The position numbers and the translations under genes were made by a program. The notes beneath the pieces are model-generated. The model was not told the origin of the DNA, did not search any database, and saw nothing but the letters and a program-made list of their open reading frames with translations. A stretch of 57,444 nucleotides of DNA from Caldisericaceae bacterium. GTDB taxonomy: Bacteria > Caldisericota > Caldisericia > Caldisericales > Caldisericaceae. Below, piece by piece: positions 9,172-20,214 of the stretch (within the stretch, counting starts at the first letter, position 1; every line of letters begins with the position of its first letter). The stretch spans positions 1-57,444 of the forward strand of contig JBMFRX010000009.1 of assembly GCA_049967855.1 (NCBI GenBank), given 5' to 3'.

Positions 9172-10417
9172 TGCCTCCTAATAAACTCTTTGGGAATTTA
9201 AATCCCTTTTCTATGACAACGATATTTGTTGGAGTAACATAGAAATATTTCTTGTCTGTTTCAACATCAAACCCTATGCTCACATTGTCGGGGATTTCAA
9301 CTTCTTTATCAATAATACACCGTTTGATTCTCACGTTGTTTCCAATTTTAACGCCCCCGAATATTATTGAATCCTCAATAGAACTGCCAGCCTTTATCTT
9401 CACGTTATAGAAAATTATAGAGTGTTTCACATGAACGCCACTAAGCAATGAACCCTCTCCTACAATTGAATCTTCTACGTAGCTTGCAATACTTTCGCCG
9501 TGCAATCTCCCTGAAGTGATTTTTGAAGGAGGATACTGCCTTGAGTGAGTGAAAACAGGCCAGTTCCTATCGTAAATATCAATTAGTGGAGCTTCTGTAA
9601 GTATGTCCATATTTGATTCATAAAAGGAGTCAAGTGTGCCAACATCTCGCCAGTAACTCTCCTTGCCTTCCTTATCAGTAAACCTGTAGGCAAAAGTTTT
9701 GTACTTATTGTGAATTGCGTAAGGAATTATATCCTTGCCAAAATCGTGAGAAGAGCTTGAGACTTCAGCATCATGGATGAGCAAATCTAATAAAACTCTG
9801 GTGTTAAAAACGTATACACCCATTGATGCAAGGATTTTTTCGGGATTATCAGGAATAACAGGAGGACTCTTTGGCTTTTCTTTGAAGTCTTCAACCCAAC
9901 CAGTGTTTCCAACCTTCAAAACCCCAAAAAAAGTGGACTTTTCCTTGCCAGCTATGATTGAGCCAATTGTTATATCAGCATTGTTAGCGATATGCTCCTC
10001 AATCATCTTTCTATAATCCATCTTGTAAATATGATCACCTGAAAGAACAACGACATACTTTGGATTCTCCTGTTCGATATAATAGAGGTTCTGATAAACA
10101 GCGTCGGCCGTTCCCAAATACCACCTTTCTCCATAGATTTGCTGAGGGGGGACATCCACAATATATTCCCCAAAACGGCTGCTTAAAAAGTCCCAGCCGA
10201 GTGCAAGGTGCCTGTGAAGAGATGAGGATTTATATTGAGTTATTACGGCAATTTTCCGAAACTGAGAGTTAACACAATTGCTGAGAGTGAAATCGATTAT
10301 TCTGAACTTCCCTCCGAACGGAACTGCTGGTTTTGCTCTCTTCTTGGTCAAAGGATAAAGCCGTTCGCCTTTACCGCCTGCAAGCAGAAACACAAAAACA
10401 TCTCTCGAGTAGTCCAT
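9152..10417 (-). CDS. glgC: Glucose-1-phosphate adenylyltransferase
   Basis: LAGGKGERLYPLT, RAKPAVPFGG, GDHIYKMDY, FKEKP, DFGKDII and YWRDVGT. Confidence 0.96.
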   Translation of the reverse strand: MDYSRDVFVFLLAGGKGERLYPLTKKRAKPAVPFGGKFRIIDFTLSNCVNSQFRKIAVITQYKSSSLHRHLALGWDFLSSRFGEYIVDVPPQQIYGERWYLGTADAVYQNLYYIEQENPKYVVVLSGDHIYKMDYRKMIEEHIANNADITIGSIIAGKEKSTFFGVLKVGNTGWVEDFKEKPKSPPVIPDNPEKILASMGVYVFNTRVLLDLLIHDAEVSSSSHDFGKDIIPYAIHNKYKTFAYRFTDKEGKESYWRDVGTLDSFYESNMDILTEAPLIDIYDRNWPVFTHSRQYPPSKITSGRLHGESIASYVEDSIVGEGSLLSGVHVKHSIIFYNVKIKAGSSIEDSIIFGGVKIGNNVRIKRCIIDKEVEIPDNVSIGFDVETDKKYFYVTPTNIVVIEKGFKFPKSLLGGSGEEEI

Positions 10418-10464
10418 GCAATTAGTCCTCCCTATCTTGCATAGATTATACTACATTTTTTTAA

Positions 10465-11460
10465 TTAGAAAAGCGACTCTTTTTCGTTGTAAGGTATGTT
10501 GAAATATTTCTTTGCTTTGTTTGTAGCTATTCTGCCTTTAGGAGTTCTTACGATGAAATTTATTTTAAGAAGATACGGTTCAATTATTTCCTCTATGGTG
10601 CCTTTGTCTTCCCCAATAGAATTAGAAATTGCATCAATCCCAACTGGGCCTCCCTTAAACTTTTCAATAAGAGAAAGCAGATATTTTCGGTCAAGATCAT
10701 TCAGTCCAAACTCATCAATGTGGAGGCTGCTAAAAGCCTCATTAACATCTTCTAAGTCTATAAGGGTTTTTTCTTTGATTGAGCTGTAATCTCTTACTCT
10801 TTTCAGCAATTGAATAGCTATTCGCGGAACGCCACGTGCTCTTTTACCGATGAGTTTGGCTGCATCATCAGTGATCTTAATATTAAAAACTTCGGAATCT
10901 CTCTCAACAATTTGCTTCAACTCGTCTGGAGTATAGGGTTCCAGGTGGTAAACAATGCCGAACCTGTCCCTCAATGGTGGCGAAAGCAAACCGAATCTTG
11001 TAGTAGCTCCTATTACAGTAAATGGATTCAGGTCAAGAACAATTGTGTGAGCACTTTTCTTCGATCCTGCAACGATGGGAAGTTTGAAATCCTCCATCGC
11101 AGAATAAAGAACTTCTTCAATCATTTTTGGGAGCCTGTGAATTTCATCAATGAAGAGAATATCGCCTTTAGACAGTCCAATCAAAATGGATGCAAGGTCA
11201 GCAACTTTTTCAAGTGAAGGGCCTGTGGTCTGTTTGAGCGTAACATTTAACTCCTCTGATATTATTTTGGCAAGAGTAGTTTTGCCAAGTCCAGGAGGAC
11301 CATAAAACAGAGTGTGGTCAAGCGGGTCACCACGTCCCTTAGACGATGCTATGAAAACAGCAAGGCTTTTCTTTATGGATTCCTGGCCGATGAAATCCTC
11401 AAGTTTTTTTGGACGGAGACGCTTGATATTGTTGTTTAAATCGCTTTTATCATTATTCAT
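10465..11460 (-). CDS. ruvB: Holliday junction helicase RuvB
   Basis: LRP, GPPGLGKTTLA, FIDEIHRL, PLRDRFG and RTPKGR. Confidence 0.97.
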   Translation of the reverse strand: MNNDKSDLNNNIKRLRPKKLEDFIGQESIKKSLAVFIASSKGRGDPLDHTLFYGPPGLGKTTLAKIISEELNVTLKQTTGPSLEKVADLASILIGLSKGDILFIDEIHRLPKMIEEVLYSAMEDFKLPIVAGSKKSAHTIVLDLNPFTVIGATTRFGLLSPPLRDRFGIVYHLEPYTPDELKQIVERDSEVFNIKITDDAAKLIGKRARGVPRIAIQLLKRVRDYSSIKEKTLIDLEDVNEAFSSLHIDEFGLNDLDRKYLLSLIEKFKGGPVGIDAISNSIGEDKGTIEEIIEPYLLKINFIVRTPKGRIATNKAKKYFNIPYNEKESLF

Positions 11461-12013
11461 TACTGAGTTTTCGTATGCACTCCCTGATTATCTCTTCTAC
11501 TCTCATATCTGAGCTAACGTCCTTGATTACTTTGTCTACCATATCTTCATCGTATTCCATTGAGAGAAGTGCATTCTTAGCAATTTGCTTGTTGTTTGAA
11601 AGAATCTCTTTGTCAAAATTATCTATGCCGCCACCAAGCTCAACTATTATTCTCTTTGCAGTTTTTTCACCAATACCTGGAATTGCCAGGAAATTCTTGA
11701 AATTACCCTCTCTTACGGATGTGATAATTTCTTTTACACTCATATATCTCAGCATAACCAGGGCTGTTTTTGCACCAATCCCGTTAACCTTTTTTATGAG
11801 AAGCTCAAACAACTCCTTTTCAGTTTTGTCGGCAAAACCAAAAAGAGTAGTTCCATCTTCTTTGGTTTGTTCAAATATGTAAAGCATAAGCTCTTCGCCT
11901 TTAGAAAATTGCTCTGGATGTGTAACAAACACTTCGTAGCCTATATTGTTGATAAATATAACTACGGAACTTTCGAGTATATCAAACACACTTCCTTTTA
12001 GGATTGCTATCAT
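11453..12013 (-). CDS. ruvA: Holliday junction branch migration protein RuvA
   Basis: MIAILKG start at 12013 overlapping the ruvC stop; IGYEV, LFGF, VNGIGAKTA and IPGIGEKTAKRI motifs. Confidence 0.93.
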   Translation of the reverse strand: MIAILKGSVFDILESSVVIFINNIGYEVFVTHPEQFSKGEELMLYIFEQTKEDGTTLFGFADKTEKELFELLIKKVNGIGAKTALVMLRYMSVKEIITSVREGNFKNFLAIPGIGEKTAKRIIVELGGGIDNFDKEILSNNKQIAKNALLSMEYDEDMVDKVIKDVSSDMRVEEIIRECIRKLSNE

Positions 12014-12507
12014 ACGCCCATCCCAATATAAGGAAGCGAGTAAATGTGACACAAAGCAATTGCTATAGCATCGGCAGCATCGTCTGGGGTGGGTGGTTCA
12101 TCAAGGCTAAATATATTCATAACAGCGGCCTGAATTTCTTTTTTAGATGCATTTCCCTGGCCAAAGATTGATTTTTTTGCTTCAAGGGGAGTATATTCAA
12201 AAACTTCCTTATTAAACTCGTTTGCCGTGTAAAGAATCACACCTCTTGCCTCGCTTACATTAATGACTGTCTTGAGATTTGTATTGAAGAAAAGCTTCTC
12301 AATTGCAATGTGGTCAATATTTACAGAATTGATTATCCCGTAAAGCTCTGAGTGCAGTACACCGAGCCTTATTGGCATAGATAAATTAGACTTAGTCCTT
12401 ATTGTTCCAAATTTGACAAGGCTCAACAAGGACTCACTTTTTTTTACGACTGCGTAACCAGTAATTGATATTCCTGGATCTATTCCAAGTACAAAAATAT
12501 CACTCAA
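12010..12507 (-). CDS. ruvC: Crossover junction endodeoxyribonuclease RuvC
   Basis: LGIDPG, AIEKLFF, EARGV, EYTP and DDAADAIAIA. Confidence 0.96.
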   Translation of the reverse strand: MSDIFVLGIDPGISITGYAVVKKSESLLSLVKFGTIRTKSNLSMPIRLGVLHSELYGIINSVNIDHIAIEKLFFNTNLKTVINVSEARGVILYTANEFNKEVFEYTPLEAKKSIFGQGNASKKEIQAAVMNIFSLDEPPTPDDAADAIAIALCHIYSLPYIGMGV

Positions 12508-12508
12508 T

Positions 12509-13273
12509 TTATGACCCTAATTTTTCAGCGATTTCTTTTAATTCTTCCTCATCAATGTCATAGTTGGTATAGTAATCCTGAACATCGTCATGGTTCTCAA
12601 GCTCATCTGAAAGTTTGACGACACGGACAGCTTCGTCTCCTGTAACCTTGACAAGGGTTTTTGGCACTTGAACTATGTCTGCCTCGCTTATCTTTAAACC
12701 ACTTGCCTCAAGTTTCTTTTTCACTTCCTCAAGCAACTGGGGTTCTGTATAAACGGTGAAAATTCCTTCCTCTTCTTTCAAATCTTCTCCGCCAGCATCT
12801 GCAACAACGATAAACAAGTCGTCATAGTTTAAACTCTCATCTTCCTCCAACTGAATTTGTCCCTTTGTCTCAAAGTTCCAAGAAACAGAACCATTCTCAG
12901 CGAGACTTCCGCCAAAGTTAGAGAAAATTCTTCTCAGCTCTGCTACTGTCCTGTTTTTGTTATCGGTTGAGATTTTTACGATAAAAGCAGTTCCCGCTGG
13001 ACCATAAGCTTCATATGTATACTCCTCATAAGTTACACCAGGAATTTCACCAGTGCCTCTCATTATAGCTTTTTTAATGTTATCAAGGGGCATACCTATC
13101 TTTTTTGCGTTATCAACAGCCGTCCTCAAAGAAGCATTTGTATCAGTATTTCCACCGCCTTGTTTAGCAGCAATTATTATAGCCTTTGTATACTTTGTAA
13201 AGAGCTTTCCTCTTTTTGCATCCTGTACTGATTTCCTGCCTTGAATATTATGCCATTTAGAATGACCTGACAT
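12509..13273 (-). CDS. yebC: YebC/PmpR family protein
   Basis: MSGHSKW, TDNKNRT and DDVQ; canonical position upstream of ruvC. Confidence 0.95.
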   Translation of the reverse strand: MSGHSKWHNIQGRKSVQDAKRGKLFTKYTKAIIIAAKQGGGNTDTNASLRTAVDNAKKIGMPLDNIKKAIMRGTGEIPGVTYEEYTYEAYGPAGTAFIVKISTDNKNRTVAELRRIFSNFGGSLAENGSVSWNFETKGQIQLEEDESLNYDDLFIVVADAGGEDLKEEEGIFTVYTEPQLLEEVKKKLEASGLKISEADIVQVPKTLVKVTGDEAVRVVKLSDELENHDDVQDYYTNYDIDEEELKEIAEKLGS

Positions 13274-13275
13274 AT

Positions 13276-13860
13276 TTACCTCCTAATTTGATTAAAACTA
13301 TTTATAATATCAACGAACAATTTATGAACCCTTAAATCACTTCCTAACTCAGGATGAAAAGCAGATGCCAATATATTGCCCTGTCTTAAGAAAACAATTC
13401 CCTCGGGTACTTTTGCAAGTACTTCCACATCCTGACCAACATCTTTTGCAATTGGCGCACGTATAAAAACTGCATGAAATGGACTATCAAAGCCTTTAAC
13501 ATCAAGGTCGACTTCTTTGCTTTCAATTTGTCTGCCAAATGCATTCCTCACAACAGTTATATCAAGAATCCCAAGCCTGTACTGGTCAGAACCTTCAATG
13601 TTTTTAGCAAGAAGAATCATTCCTGCACAAGTGCCGTAGACTGGCATCCCGCTGTTTATTCGCTCTTTAATAACCTGCTCGAGCTCGAACTTCTTGATGA
13701 GTCTCCCCATTGTTGTACTTTCGCCGCCTGGAATTACAAGGCCATCTATTTCTGAAATTTCTTGTTTAGTTTTTACGGCAGATGCATACACTCCAACTGC
13801 TCTTAAGGCATTGAGATGCTCAGAAACTGCACCTTGAAGCGTCAGAACACCTACCTTCAT
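13276..13860 (-). CDS. pdxT: Pyridoxal 5'-phosphate synthase glutaminase subunit
   Basis: LQGAVSEH, PGGESTT, GTCAG, RNAFGRQ and FHPEL. Confidence 0.96.
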   Translation of the reverse strand: MKVGVLTLQGAVSEHLNALRAVGVYASAVKTKQEISEIDGLVIPGGESTTMGRLIKKFELEQVIKERINSGMPVYGTCAGMILLAKNIEGSDQYRLGILDITVVRNAFGRQIESKEVDLDVKGFDSPFHAVFIRAPIAKDVGQDVEVLAKVPEGIVFLRQGNILASAFHPELGSDLRVHKLFVDIINSFNQIRR

Positions 13861-14747
13861 TACTTGCCCCTCACTTGCATCATATCTTTTTCAGTGAGGC
13901 TTTTCATATCAAGGCCTTCCATTTCTCCTCCGAGGTCTTCAGAAACTCGAGCTATGACCTTTGGATCATCAAAATAAGTTGTAGCCGCAACAATGGCTTC
14001 TGCTCTTTTCTTAGGGTTAGTGGACTTGAAGATTCCTGAGCCAACAAACACGCCATCTGCCCCCAACTGCATCATCAGCGCAGCATCAGCAGGAGTTGCA
14101 ATTCCTCCTGCAGCAAAATTAACAACAGGAAGCTTTCCAAGCGCTTTAATTTCTTTAACCAAATCAATAGATGCCTGAAGTTCTTTTGCCTCAACAAAAA
14201 GCTCTTCCTCGCTCATATTTTGAATTTTCCTTATTTCATCCATTACTACACGCATGTGTCTGACGGCTTCAACAATATTTCCTGTACCAGGCTCTCCCTT
14301 TGTCCTGATCATTGAAGCACCTTCCGAAATTCTTCTAATTGCTTCTCCCAAATCTCTTGCGCCGCAAACAAAAGGAACCTTAAAATCCCACTTGTTTATG
14401 TGATGAACTTCGTCGGCAGGAGTCAATACTTCGCTCTCGTCAACAAAATCAACTCCAATAGCTTCAAGCATTTGAGCTTCAACAAAGTGGCCTATACGCA
14501 CTTTAGCCATCACCGGAATAGAAACTGCTTCCATAATTGCCTTAATCAACTTCGGATCAGCAGTTCTTGCAACACCACCCTGTGCCCTTATATCTGCAGG
14601 GATTCTCTCAAGCGCCATTACAGAGACAGCTCCTGCTTCCTCTGCAATTTTAGCTTGTTCTACGGAAGTAACATCCATTATAACGCCGCCTTTAAGCATT
14701 TCCGCAAGGCCTCGTTTAACTTTAATACTTCCAAAAACTTCGTCCAT
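13860..14747 (-). CDS. pdxS: Pyridoxal 5'-phosphate synthase lyase subunit
   Basis: [23 protein letters not shown] and [18 protein letters not shown]. Confidence 0.98.
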   Translation of the reverse strand: MDEVFGSIKVKRGLAEMLKGGVIMDVTSVEQAKIAEEAGAVSVMALERIPADIRAQGGVARTADPKLIKAIMEAVSIPVMAKVRIGHFVEAQMLEAIGVDFVDESEVLTPADEVHHINKWDFKVPFVCGARDLGEAIRRISEGASMIRTKGEPGTGNIVEAVRHMRVVMDEIRKIQNMSEEELFVEAKELQASIDLVKEIKALGKLPVVNFAAGGIATPADAALMMQLGADGVFVGSGIFKSTNPKKRAEAIVAATTYFDDPKVIARVSEDLGGEMEGLDMKSLTEKDMMQVRGK

Positions 14748-14921
14748 TTCGTTATCCTCCTAACCAACATATTGTATATTTTTTAGCCAAAAAATCAACA
14801 ACTATTTGATGATTAATCTGATATGCCAATTTTGTCAAGCAGATTAAATTATACTTGTATGAGATAATTTTGCAAGGAGGGACGACATCCAATTTTCAAA
14901 TTAATGCATATAATACTCTGT

Positions 14922-15791
14922 ATGAAAAAACAAAGAAATATTTCAGTGATAACATTGATTCTTATGACCTTCATATGGGGCGGAACGTTCCCTATTATAA
15001 AAATTTTGCTCACCTCACTGAGACCAATGGAGCTGCTTGCATTCAGATTTCTATTTGCGGCAATCGCTGGGCTTCCTTTCTTCATAAAGGAAGCATACAG
15101 ATACAGAAAATCTATGATAAAACTTTTCATACTTGGAGCAGTACTCTGGATTGCCTATTATACGCAAACCGTAGGGCTTCAATATACTACTCCATCAAAA
15201 AGCGCTTTTATAACAGGCCTTTATGTGGTTTTTACACCAATCATTGCCCTTTCTTTAATTAGAGAAAGAATGTCGAAACATCTCATAGTTGCCCTTTTAG
15301 CTTCTCTTCTTGGCCTTCTTGTGCTATCGGGAGTAACAATCCATGAATTTTCATTCAACAGAGGAGACCTCATAACAATAGTATCTGCTATAGCTTTTGC
15401 AGTTCAAATTGTCCTCACAAACATATACGTTAAGGACATCGATATGAAACTGATTACCTCAGTCCAGATGATCACAATGTGCATTCTGAGTTTCGTTTTC
15501 TCTGGTGGTACAATTACGATATCTCACCCTGCATATATTTATGAACTCTTAGCCTTTTTAGGCGTTGTTGCAGGATTCATTGCCATTTTTATTGAAACAT
15601 ACAGTCTTAAATTCATAGACCCAGATAGAGCATCCATAATATTTACCCTTGAGCCAGTGTTTGCATACGCTTCCTCAACAATTTTCCTCCACGAACCGCT
15701 TACAGTAAGAGGAATAGTTGGCGCACTTTTGATAATCTCAAGTATGATAATTGCCACACTCAATGGGAAGAAAACACATTCTGACACATAA
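14922..15791 (+). CDS. DMT/EamA family transporter
   Basis: IWGGTF, RF, GLQYTTPSKSAFI and LEPVFA; about ten hydrophobic segments. Start placed at ATG 14922. Confidence 0.88.
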   Translation: MKKQRNISVITLILMTFIWGGTFPIIKILLTSLRPMELLAFRFLFAAIAGLPFFIKEAYRYRKSMIKLFILGAVLWIAYYTQTVGLQYTTPSKSAFITGLYVVFTPIIALSLIRERMSKHLIVALLASLLGLLVLSGVTIHEFSFNRGDLITIVSAIAFAVQIVLTNIYVKDIDMKLITSVQMITMCILSFVFSGGTITISHPAYIYELLAFLGVVAGFIAIFIETYSLKFIDPDRASIIFTLEPVFAYASSTIFLHEPLTVRGIVGALLIISSMIIATLNGKKTHSDT

Positions 15792-15792
15792 G

Positions 15793-15879
15793 TGGCGGAG
15801 GGGAAAGGATTCGAACCTTCGAGACTCGTCGCCTGCCGCATTTCAAGTGCGGTGCCATCAACCGCTCGGCCACCCCTCC
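15793..15879 (-). tRNA. tRNA-Ser (anticodon UGA)
   Basis: GGAGGGGTGGCCGAGCGGTTGATGGCACCGCACTTGAAATGCGGCAGGCGACGAGTCTCGAAGGTTCGAATCCTTTCCCCTCCGCCA: acceptor stem GGAGGGG/CCCCTCC, anticodon arm CCGCA-CTTGAAA-TGCGG, long variable arm, TTCGAAT loop, G discriminator and encoded CCA. Confidence 0.96.
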
Positions 15880-15889
15880 CCTACCAACT

Positions 15890-17161
15890 TTACTTTGCTA
15901 TTTTATCAGTTCCTAAGTATTTTTGCAATACCTCAGGGACCAAAACACTCCCGTCCTCTTGTTGATAGTTCTCAAGAATTGCCGCCATAGTCCTGCCCAC
16001 AGCAAGCCCAGAACCATTGAGCGTGTGAACAAATCGCAAATCACCGTCTTTTGTGCGATATCTTATATTTGCCCTGCGTGCCTGATAATCCTCAAAATTG
16101 CTCACGGAAGATATTTCTACATACTTATCCTGCGAAGGCATATAAACTTCTGGGTCGTACTTCAAGGCAGCAGTGAAACCAAGGTCACCTGTGCACATCT
16201 TCTTAATTTGATAAGGGAGTTGCAGCTCTCTTAGAACGTCTTCCGCATTATCAAGGAGCTCATTAAACTGTTCGTATGATTCCTCAGGTTTCACAAAACG
16301 CACCATTTCCACTTTGTTAAATTGGTGCACCCTTATCACGCCTCGCGTGTCTTTCCCTGCGGCACCAGCTTCTTTTCTGAAACAAGCAGTGAAAGCAACA
16401 TATTTGATTGGAAGCAAGTCTTCACTGAGAATTTCTCCACTGTGGTAATTGGTTACAGGAACTTCTGCAGTTGGGTCAAGATAAAGATCCTCTCCTTCGA
16501 TTTTGTACATATCCTCTTCAAACTTGGGCAACTGCCCTGTGCCGACCATTGAATTCCTGTTGACCAAGTAAGGAGGCATAAGCTCAATGTATCCGTGCTT
16601 TTGCGTGTGGAGGTCTATCATCCATGATATAAGAGCTCTTTCAAGTTTCGCCCCCATACCCTTGAGAATGTAAAAACGGCCACCGCTAATTTTAACTGCT
16701 CTCTTGAAATCAATAATGTCAAGGTCTTCTGCAATCTCCCAGTGTGATTTTGGAGTAAAGGCGTAATTCTTCTTGACGCCTTCCTGGCGCAGAACAACAT
16801 TTTCTGACTCATCATGTCCAAACGGAACACACTCACAGGGAATATTTGGAATACTCAGCAAAATATCATTAAACTTCTGATTGACGATGCTAAGTAACTC
16901 TTCCTTTTCGGAGATTTCGTTTCCAATGTCCCTGACTTGTGCTTTGATTTCAGAAACATCGGCTTTCTTTGCAATGAGCGAACCAATCTCGTCAGAAATA
17001 ACTTTTCTTTGATGTCGCAGGTCGTCAATAATCTTAATCAATTGCTTACGCTCGTTATCAACCTTCAAGAAATCGTCAACAAGGCTTACATCAGCGTTTT
17101 TCTTTCTAATTCCTTCTTTAACGTAATCTGGTTTTTCTCTTATCAAATTTGGGTCTAGCAT
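15890..17161 (-). CDS. serS: Serine--tRNA ligase
   Basis: MLD...IR, TGQLPKF, PTAEVP, FRKEAG, RVHQF, EISSVSN and [12 protein letters not shown]. Confidence 0.98.
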   Translation of the reverse strand: MLDPNLIREKPDYVKEGIRKKNADVSLVDDFLKVDNERKQLIKIIDDLRHQRKVISDEIGSLIAKKADVSEIKAQVRDIGNEISEKEELLSIVNQKFNDILLSIPNIPCECVPFGHDESENVVLRQEGVKKNYAFTPKSHWEIAEDLDIIDFKRAVKISGGRFYILKGMGAKLERALISWMIDLHTQKHGYIELMPPYLVNRNSMVGTGQLPKFEEDMYKIEGEDLYLDPTAEVPVTNYHSGEILSEDLLPIKYVAFTACFRKEAGAAGKDTRGVIRVHQFNKVEMVRFVKPEESYEQFNELLDNAEDVLRELQLPYQIKKMCTGDLGFTAALKYDPEVYMPSQDKYVEISSVSNFEDYQARRANIRYRTKDGDLRFVHTLNGSGLAVGRTMAAILENYQQEDGSVLVPEVLQKYLGTDKIAK

Positions 17162-17172
17162 AAAAACCTCCT

Positions 17173-19596
17173 TTATGGGCTCTGCACTGTGACTTGCTTT
17201 TCAGCAGCCTCTATAACAGCGCCATTTGAATCAACAAGCTCTGCCTTTACTGTTACAGCTCCTGGTATAGTTGCAATGAAATTGTATGTATAGGTAGTTC
17301 CATACGAAGGCGATGCAAGTTTTGCAACGGGCATACCATAAACGTAGAAATTCATGTAATAGCCGCTCACGTCTGAAATTCCAGAAACACTTGCCGATAT
17401 GCCAATGCTATCGCCTGTCTTATACAAATCTTTATCGGTTGACAGCAATATCGATATTGATGGGTTTACCTGCCCAAAATTCCTCGGGTCATACTGAGTA
17501 GGTTCTGTGCCTTTTAGATATGTTCTCTGCTCTGTAAGATCCGCTGGGCACCCGACTGGGGCAAGTAAGCCTGAATCTTTGCAAACGGTAACGGTTACAA
17601 AACCAGACTCCAGGGTATCATAAGGAGGAACAAATTGCGGTAAAAAGCTATAGTTTACAACCTTAGTACCGTCAGATTTTTGGTCAGTCAAGTATCCAGT
17701 TGCATTAATGACATTCTTTGAAACAAGGCCGCTTGATGGTTTCTTGAAGTTATCTTTTGGGAAATACTTCATTGCTTCGAGCATAAAATTGTGCCATATC
17801 ATTGCAGGGAATCGTGAACCTGAGTTAAGAACATCAGGGAATGTTACTTCTTTTGAATCTGGGCCTAGCCAGACACTTACAGAAATGTTAGGGGTATACC
17901 CATCAAACCAAGCATCCGTCCAGGCATCGGTACTTCCTGTCTTCCCTGCTGCAGGCAACCCGGAGATCTTTGCATTCGATTTGTACAACATAACGTAACT
18001 GAACATATTGTTCATTATGTATGCAACAGTATCAGGTACTGCTCTATAAGAATCGTCCGAATGCTCATAAAGCACTTTGCCATCCGAAGATTCTATTCTT
18101 TGAATGATAAACGGAGGATGATAAATTCCTCCATTTCCAAGAGTTGCGTAAGCATCTGCCATCTCAAGCTGTTTGACCTCGAAACTTCCTATAGCAATGG
18201 AAGGGTACGGCATAAGTGGAGTAGTTATGCCAAGCTTCCTTGCGGTATAGATGACTCTATCCAATCCAACGCTTAGAGAAGTTTTCGTCGCTGCAACGTT
18301 CGATGAATTCATAAGAGCATCCCTTACGGACAACTCGCCAAAATAAGTGTTTTCCCACTCATGAGGAGTCCAATTGTTAACAGTGAAATTATCCGAAAGA
18401 ATAATAGATGAAGGCGTTATCGAACCATAGCTCATCGCTGCAGTATAGTCAAAAATCTTAAATGAAGAGCCAGGCTGTTTGAGTGCAAGAGATCTATTAA
18501 ATTTTGTGTTATCGTAATCCCTCCCTCCAACCATTGCTATTATTGCGCCAGTGTTTGCATCAACTGCTGTAAGAGAAGCTTGCGGTTGAATTACTCCTTT
18601 GGAGTCTTTCTTTCCTGTTGGGAAAATCTTGTCCTTCTCTGCCTTTGCTAAAACAGTGTCGATAGATTTCGTTGCAGCAAGCTGAAGTTGAGGCATAATT
18701 GTCGTATAGATTTTCAGCCCGCCTGCATAAAGCATATTATTGCCGAATTTATCTGCAACAAGCTCCTTAACATAGTCTATAACATAACCCATATTGTCCT
18801 TTACAGGCTGCGCGTTCACAAGCTTTATCTGAAACTTCAAAGCATCATCATACTGTTGCTGCGTTATAACATTCTGGGCAAGCATTTCGTCGAGGACTTC
18901 TTTTTGAGCAATCTTTGCAGAGGCCAAATCTGCATAAGGATTTATGTCAGACGGAGCCTTAATGATACCTGCAAGCATTGCAGCCTCAGGAAGAGTGATA
19001 TCTGATGCATGCTTCCCAAAGTAAGTCATAGCAGCCGACTCAACCCCATAAGCACCTGCACCAAAATAAACCTGATTCAAATACATTTCAAGGATTTCAT
19101 CTTTTGTGAACTTGGACTCAATTTTAAACGCAATCAGAGCTTCTTTAACCTTCCTATCAATTGTCCTTTCGTTGGTAAGAAACATACTCCTTGCAAGCTG
19201 TTGCTCAAGAGTGCTTGCGCCTTCAACCCTCCCGCCTAAACTCGTAACGGTCACAAATAGTGCTCTAACCATACCCCTGTAGTCCAGAGCTCCGTGTTCG
19301 TAGAAACGCTTGTCTTCCTGCGAAATAACTGCCTGTTGCAAAACCTTAGCAATTTTGTCGAGAGGCACATATATTCTGTTTTCAAAAGCATAAACATTGG
19401 TTATCAAATTTCCTTTGTAATCGAAAATCTGAGATGCCTGGTCAGGCGAGTAAGAAAGAAGTGTCAAGTCTGGCAAGTTGTTGCTCAAATTTTTTACATA
19501 GAGAGCAGCCATGAGGGCTCCTAATATGACTACTATAACAATTACTATTAGAGCAGTCTTTATAAATGCACCTATTAATGATCTTCTTTTTTTCAT
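17173..19596 (-). CDS. Class A penicillin-binding protein (PBP1A family) with C-terminal extension
   Basis: Transglycosylase motifs [17 protein letters not shown] and YLNQVYFG; transpeptidase motifs QPGSSFK, SSN and KTG. ATG 19596 follows SD GGTGA. Confidence 0.92.
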   Translation of the reverse strand: MKKRRSLIGAFIKTALIVIVIVVILGALMAALYVKNLSNNLPDLTLLSYSPDQASQIFDYKGNLITNVYAFENRIYVPLDKIAKVLQQAVISQEDKRFYEHGALDYRGMVRALFVTVTSLGGRVEGASTLEQQLARSMFLTNERTIDRKVKEALIAFKIESKFTKDEILEMYLNQVYFGAGAYGVESAAMTYFGKHASDITLPEAAMLAGIIKAPSDINPYADLASAKIAQKEVLDEMLAQNVITQQQYDDALKFQIKLVNAQPVKDNMGYVIDYVKELVADKFGNNMLYAGGLKIYTTIMPQLQLAATKSIDTVLAKAEKDKIFPTGKKDSKGVIQPQASLTAVDANTGAIIAMVGGRDYDNTKFNRSLALKQPGSSFKIFDYTAAMSYGSITPSSIILSDNFTVNNWTPHEWENTYFGELSVRDALMNSSNVAATKTSLSVGLDRVIYTARKLGITTPLMPYPSIAIGSFEVKQLEMADAYATLGNGGIYHPPFIIQRIESSDGKVLYEHSDDSYRAVPDTVAYIMNNMFSYVMLYKSNAKISGLPAAGKTGSTDAWTDAWFDGYTPNISVSVWLGPDSKEVTFPDVLNSGSRFPAMIWHNFMLEAMKYFPKDNFKKPSSGLVSKNVINATGYLTDQKSDGTKVVNYSFLPQFVPPYDTLESGFVTVTVCKDSGLLAPVGCPADLTEQRTYLKGTEPTQYDPRNFGQVNPSISILLSTDKDLYKTGDSIGISASVSGISDVSGYYMNFYVYGMPVAKLASPSYGTTYTYNFIATIPGAVTVKAELVDSNGAVIEAAEKQVTVQSP

Positions 19597-19641
19597 TTTA
19601 TCACCACCCACTTCTATATATTATACAAATAAATCAATAAT

Positions 19642-19803
19642 TCATTTGTTACTCTTGAAAATGATAATGAAAATTAGCCCAAGCAATCCCTCAAGCAGAA
19701 GCAAAAGCCTGAATAATTTTGGGAGGTTCTCTCCACGCATCAGAATATTGCTTAATAAACCACATAAGAGCCAAGCCGCTAATATCAAAACAACGTAAAG
19801 CAC
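19642..19803 (-). CDS. Small two-TM membrane protein (53 aa), hypothetical
   Basis: Below the ORF-track length cutoff. GTG directly follows the paaI TGA, with SD GAGGTG. Translation: MLYVVLILAAWLLCGLLSNILMRGENLPKLFRLLLLLEGLLGLIFIIIFKSNK. Confidence 0.6.
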   Translation of the reverse strand: MLYVVLILAAWLLCGLLSNILMRGENLPKLFRLLLLLEGLLGLIFIIIFKSNK

Positions 19804-20214
19804 TCACACCACCTCTTTTGGACCCAAACTTTTTACGAAATATTTTGCAGAAGCCTTTACTCTTATCTCGCCTGACAAATCAAGTATCTCTCCCTCAGTT
19901 TCTATGATTCTGTGAGAAAGAGAATTTAGTTTGCCCTTTGCAATGAGCTCTTCTCCAACCAAACATTTCTTGAGGTACTTAATGTTCAGCTCTATGGTGA
20001 ATGCAACGTAGCCTTTCCTGAATTCTATATTTCCCATCACATCATCAAGTATGGCCGCAATAATGCCTCCGTGCACCACACCAGGATAACCCTCATATTC
20101 CCTGCCAAGCCTGAACACGGCCTTTGCTTCTGTTTCTCCGTCGTATTCAATTTCGAGATGAATTCCTTTAGGATTAGTTTTGCTACAGACAAAACAGTAA
20201 TTCTCTTCTCTCAT
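19804..20214 (-). CDS. PaaI-family hotdog-fold thioesterase
   Basis: CFVC..NP.G and GYPGVVHGGIIAAILDDVMG. Confidence 0.88.
   Translation of the reverse strand: MREENYCFVCSKTNPKGIHLEIEYDGETEAKAVFRLGREYEGYPGVVHGGIIAAILDDVMGNIEFRKGYVAFTIELNIKYLKKCLVGEELIAKGKLNSLSHRIIETEGEILDLSGEIRVKASAKYFVKSLGPKEVV

Noticed and set aside
14813..14847. Inverted repeat TTAATCTG...CAGATTAA between pdxS and eamA as a PdxR operator or riboswitch
   Set aside because: AT-rich 8-bp arms, no regulator gene nearby and no recognisable aptamer.
15793..15879. tRNA-Sec or suppressor tRNA
   Set aside because: The anticodon is UGA (reads UCA), not UCA, and the 7-bp acceptor stem is an ordinary Ser type.
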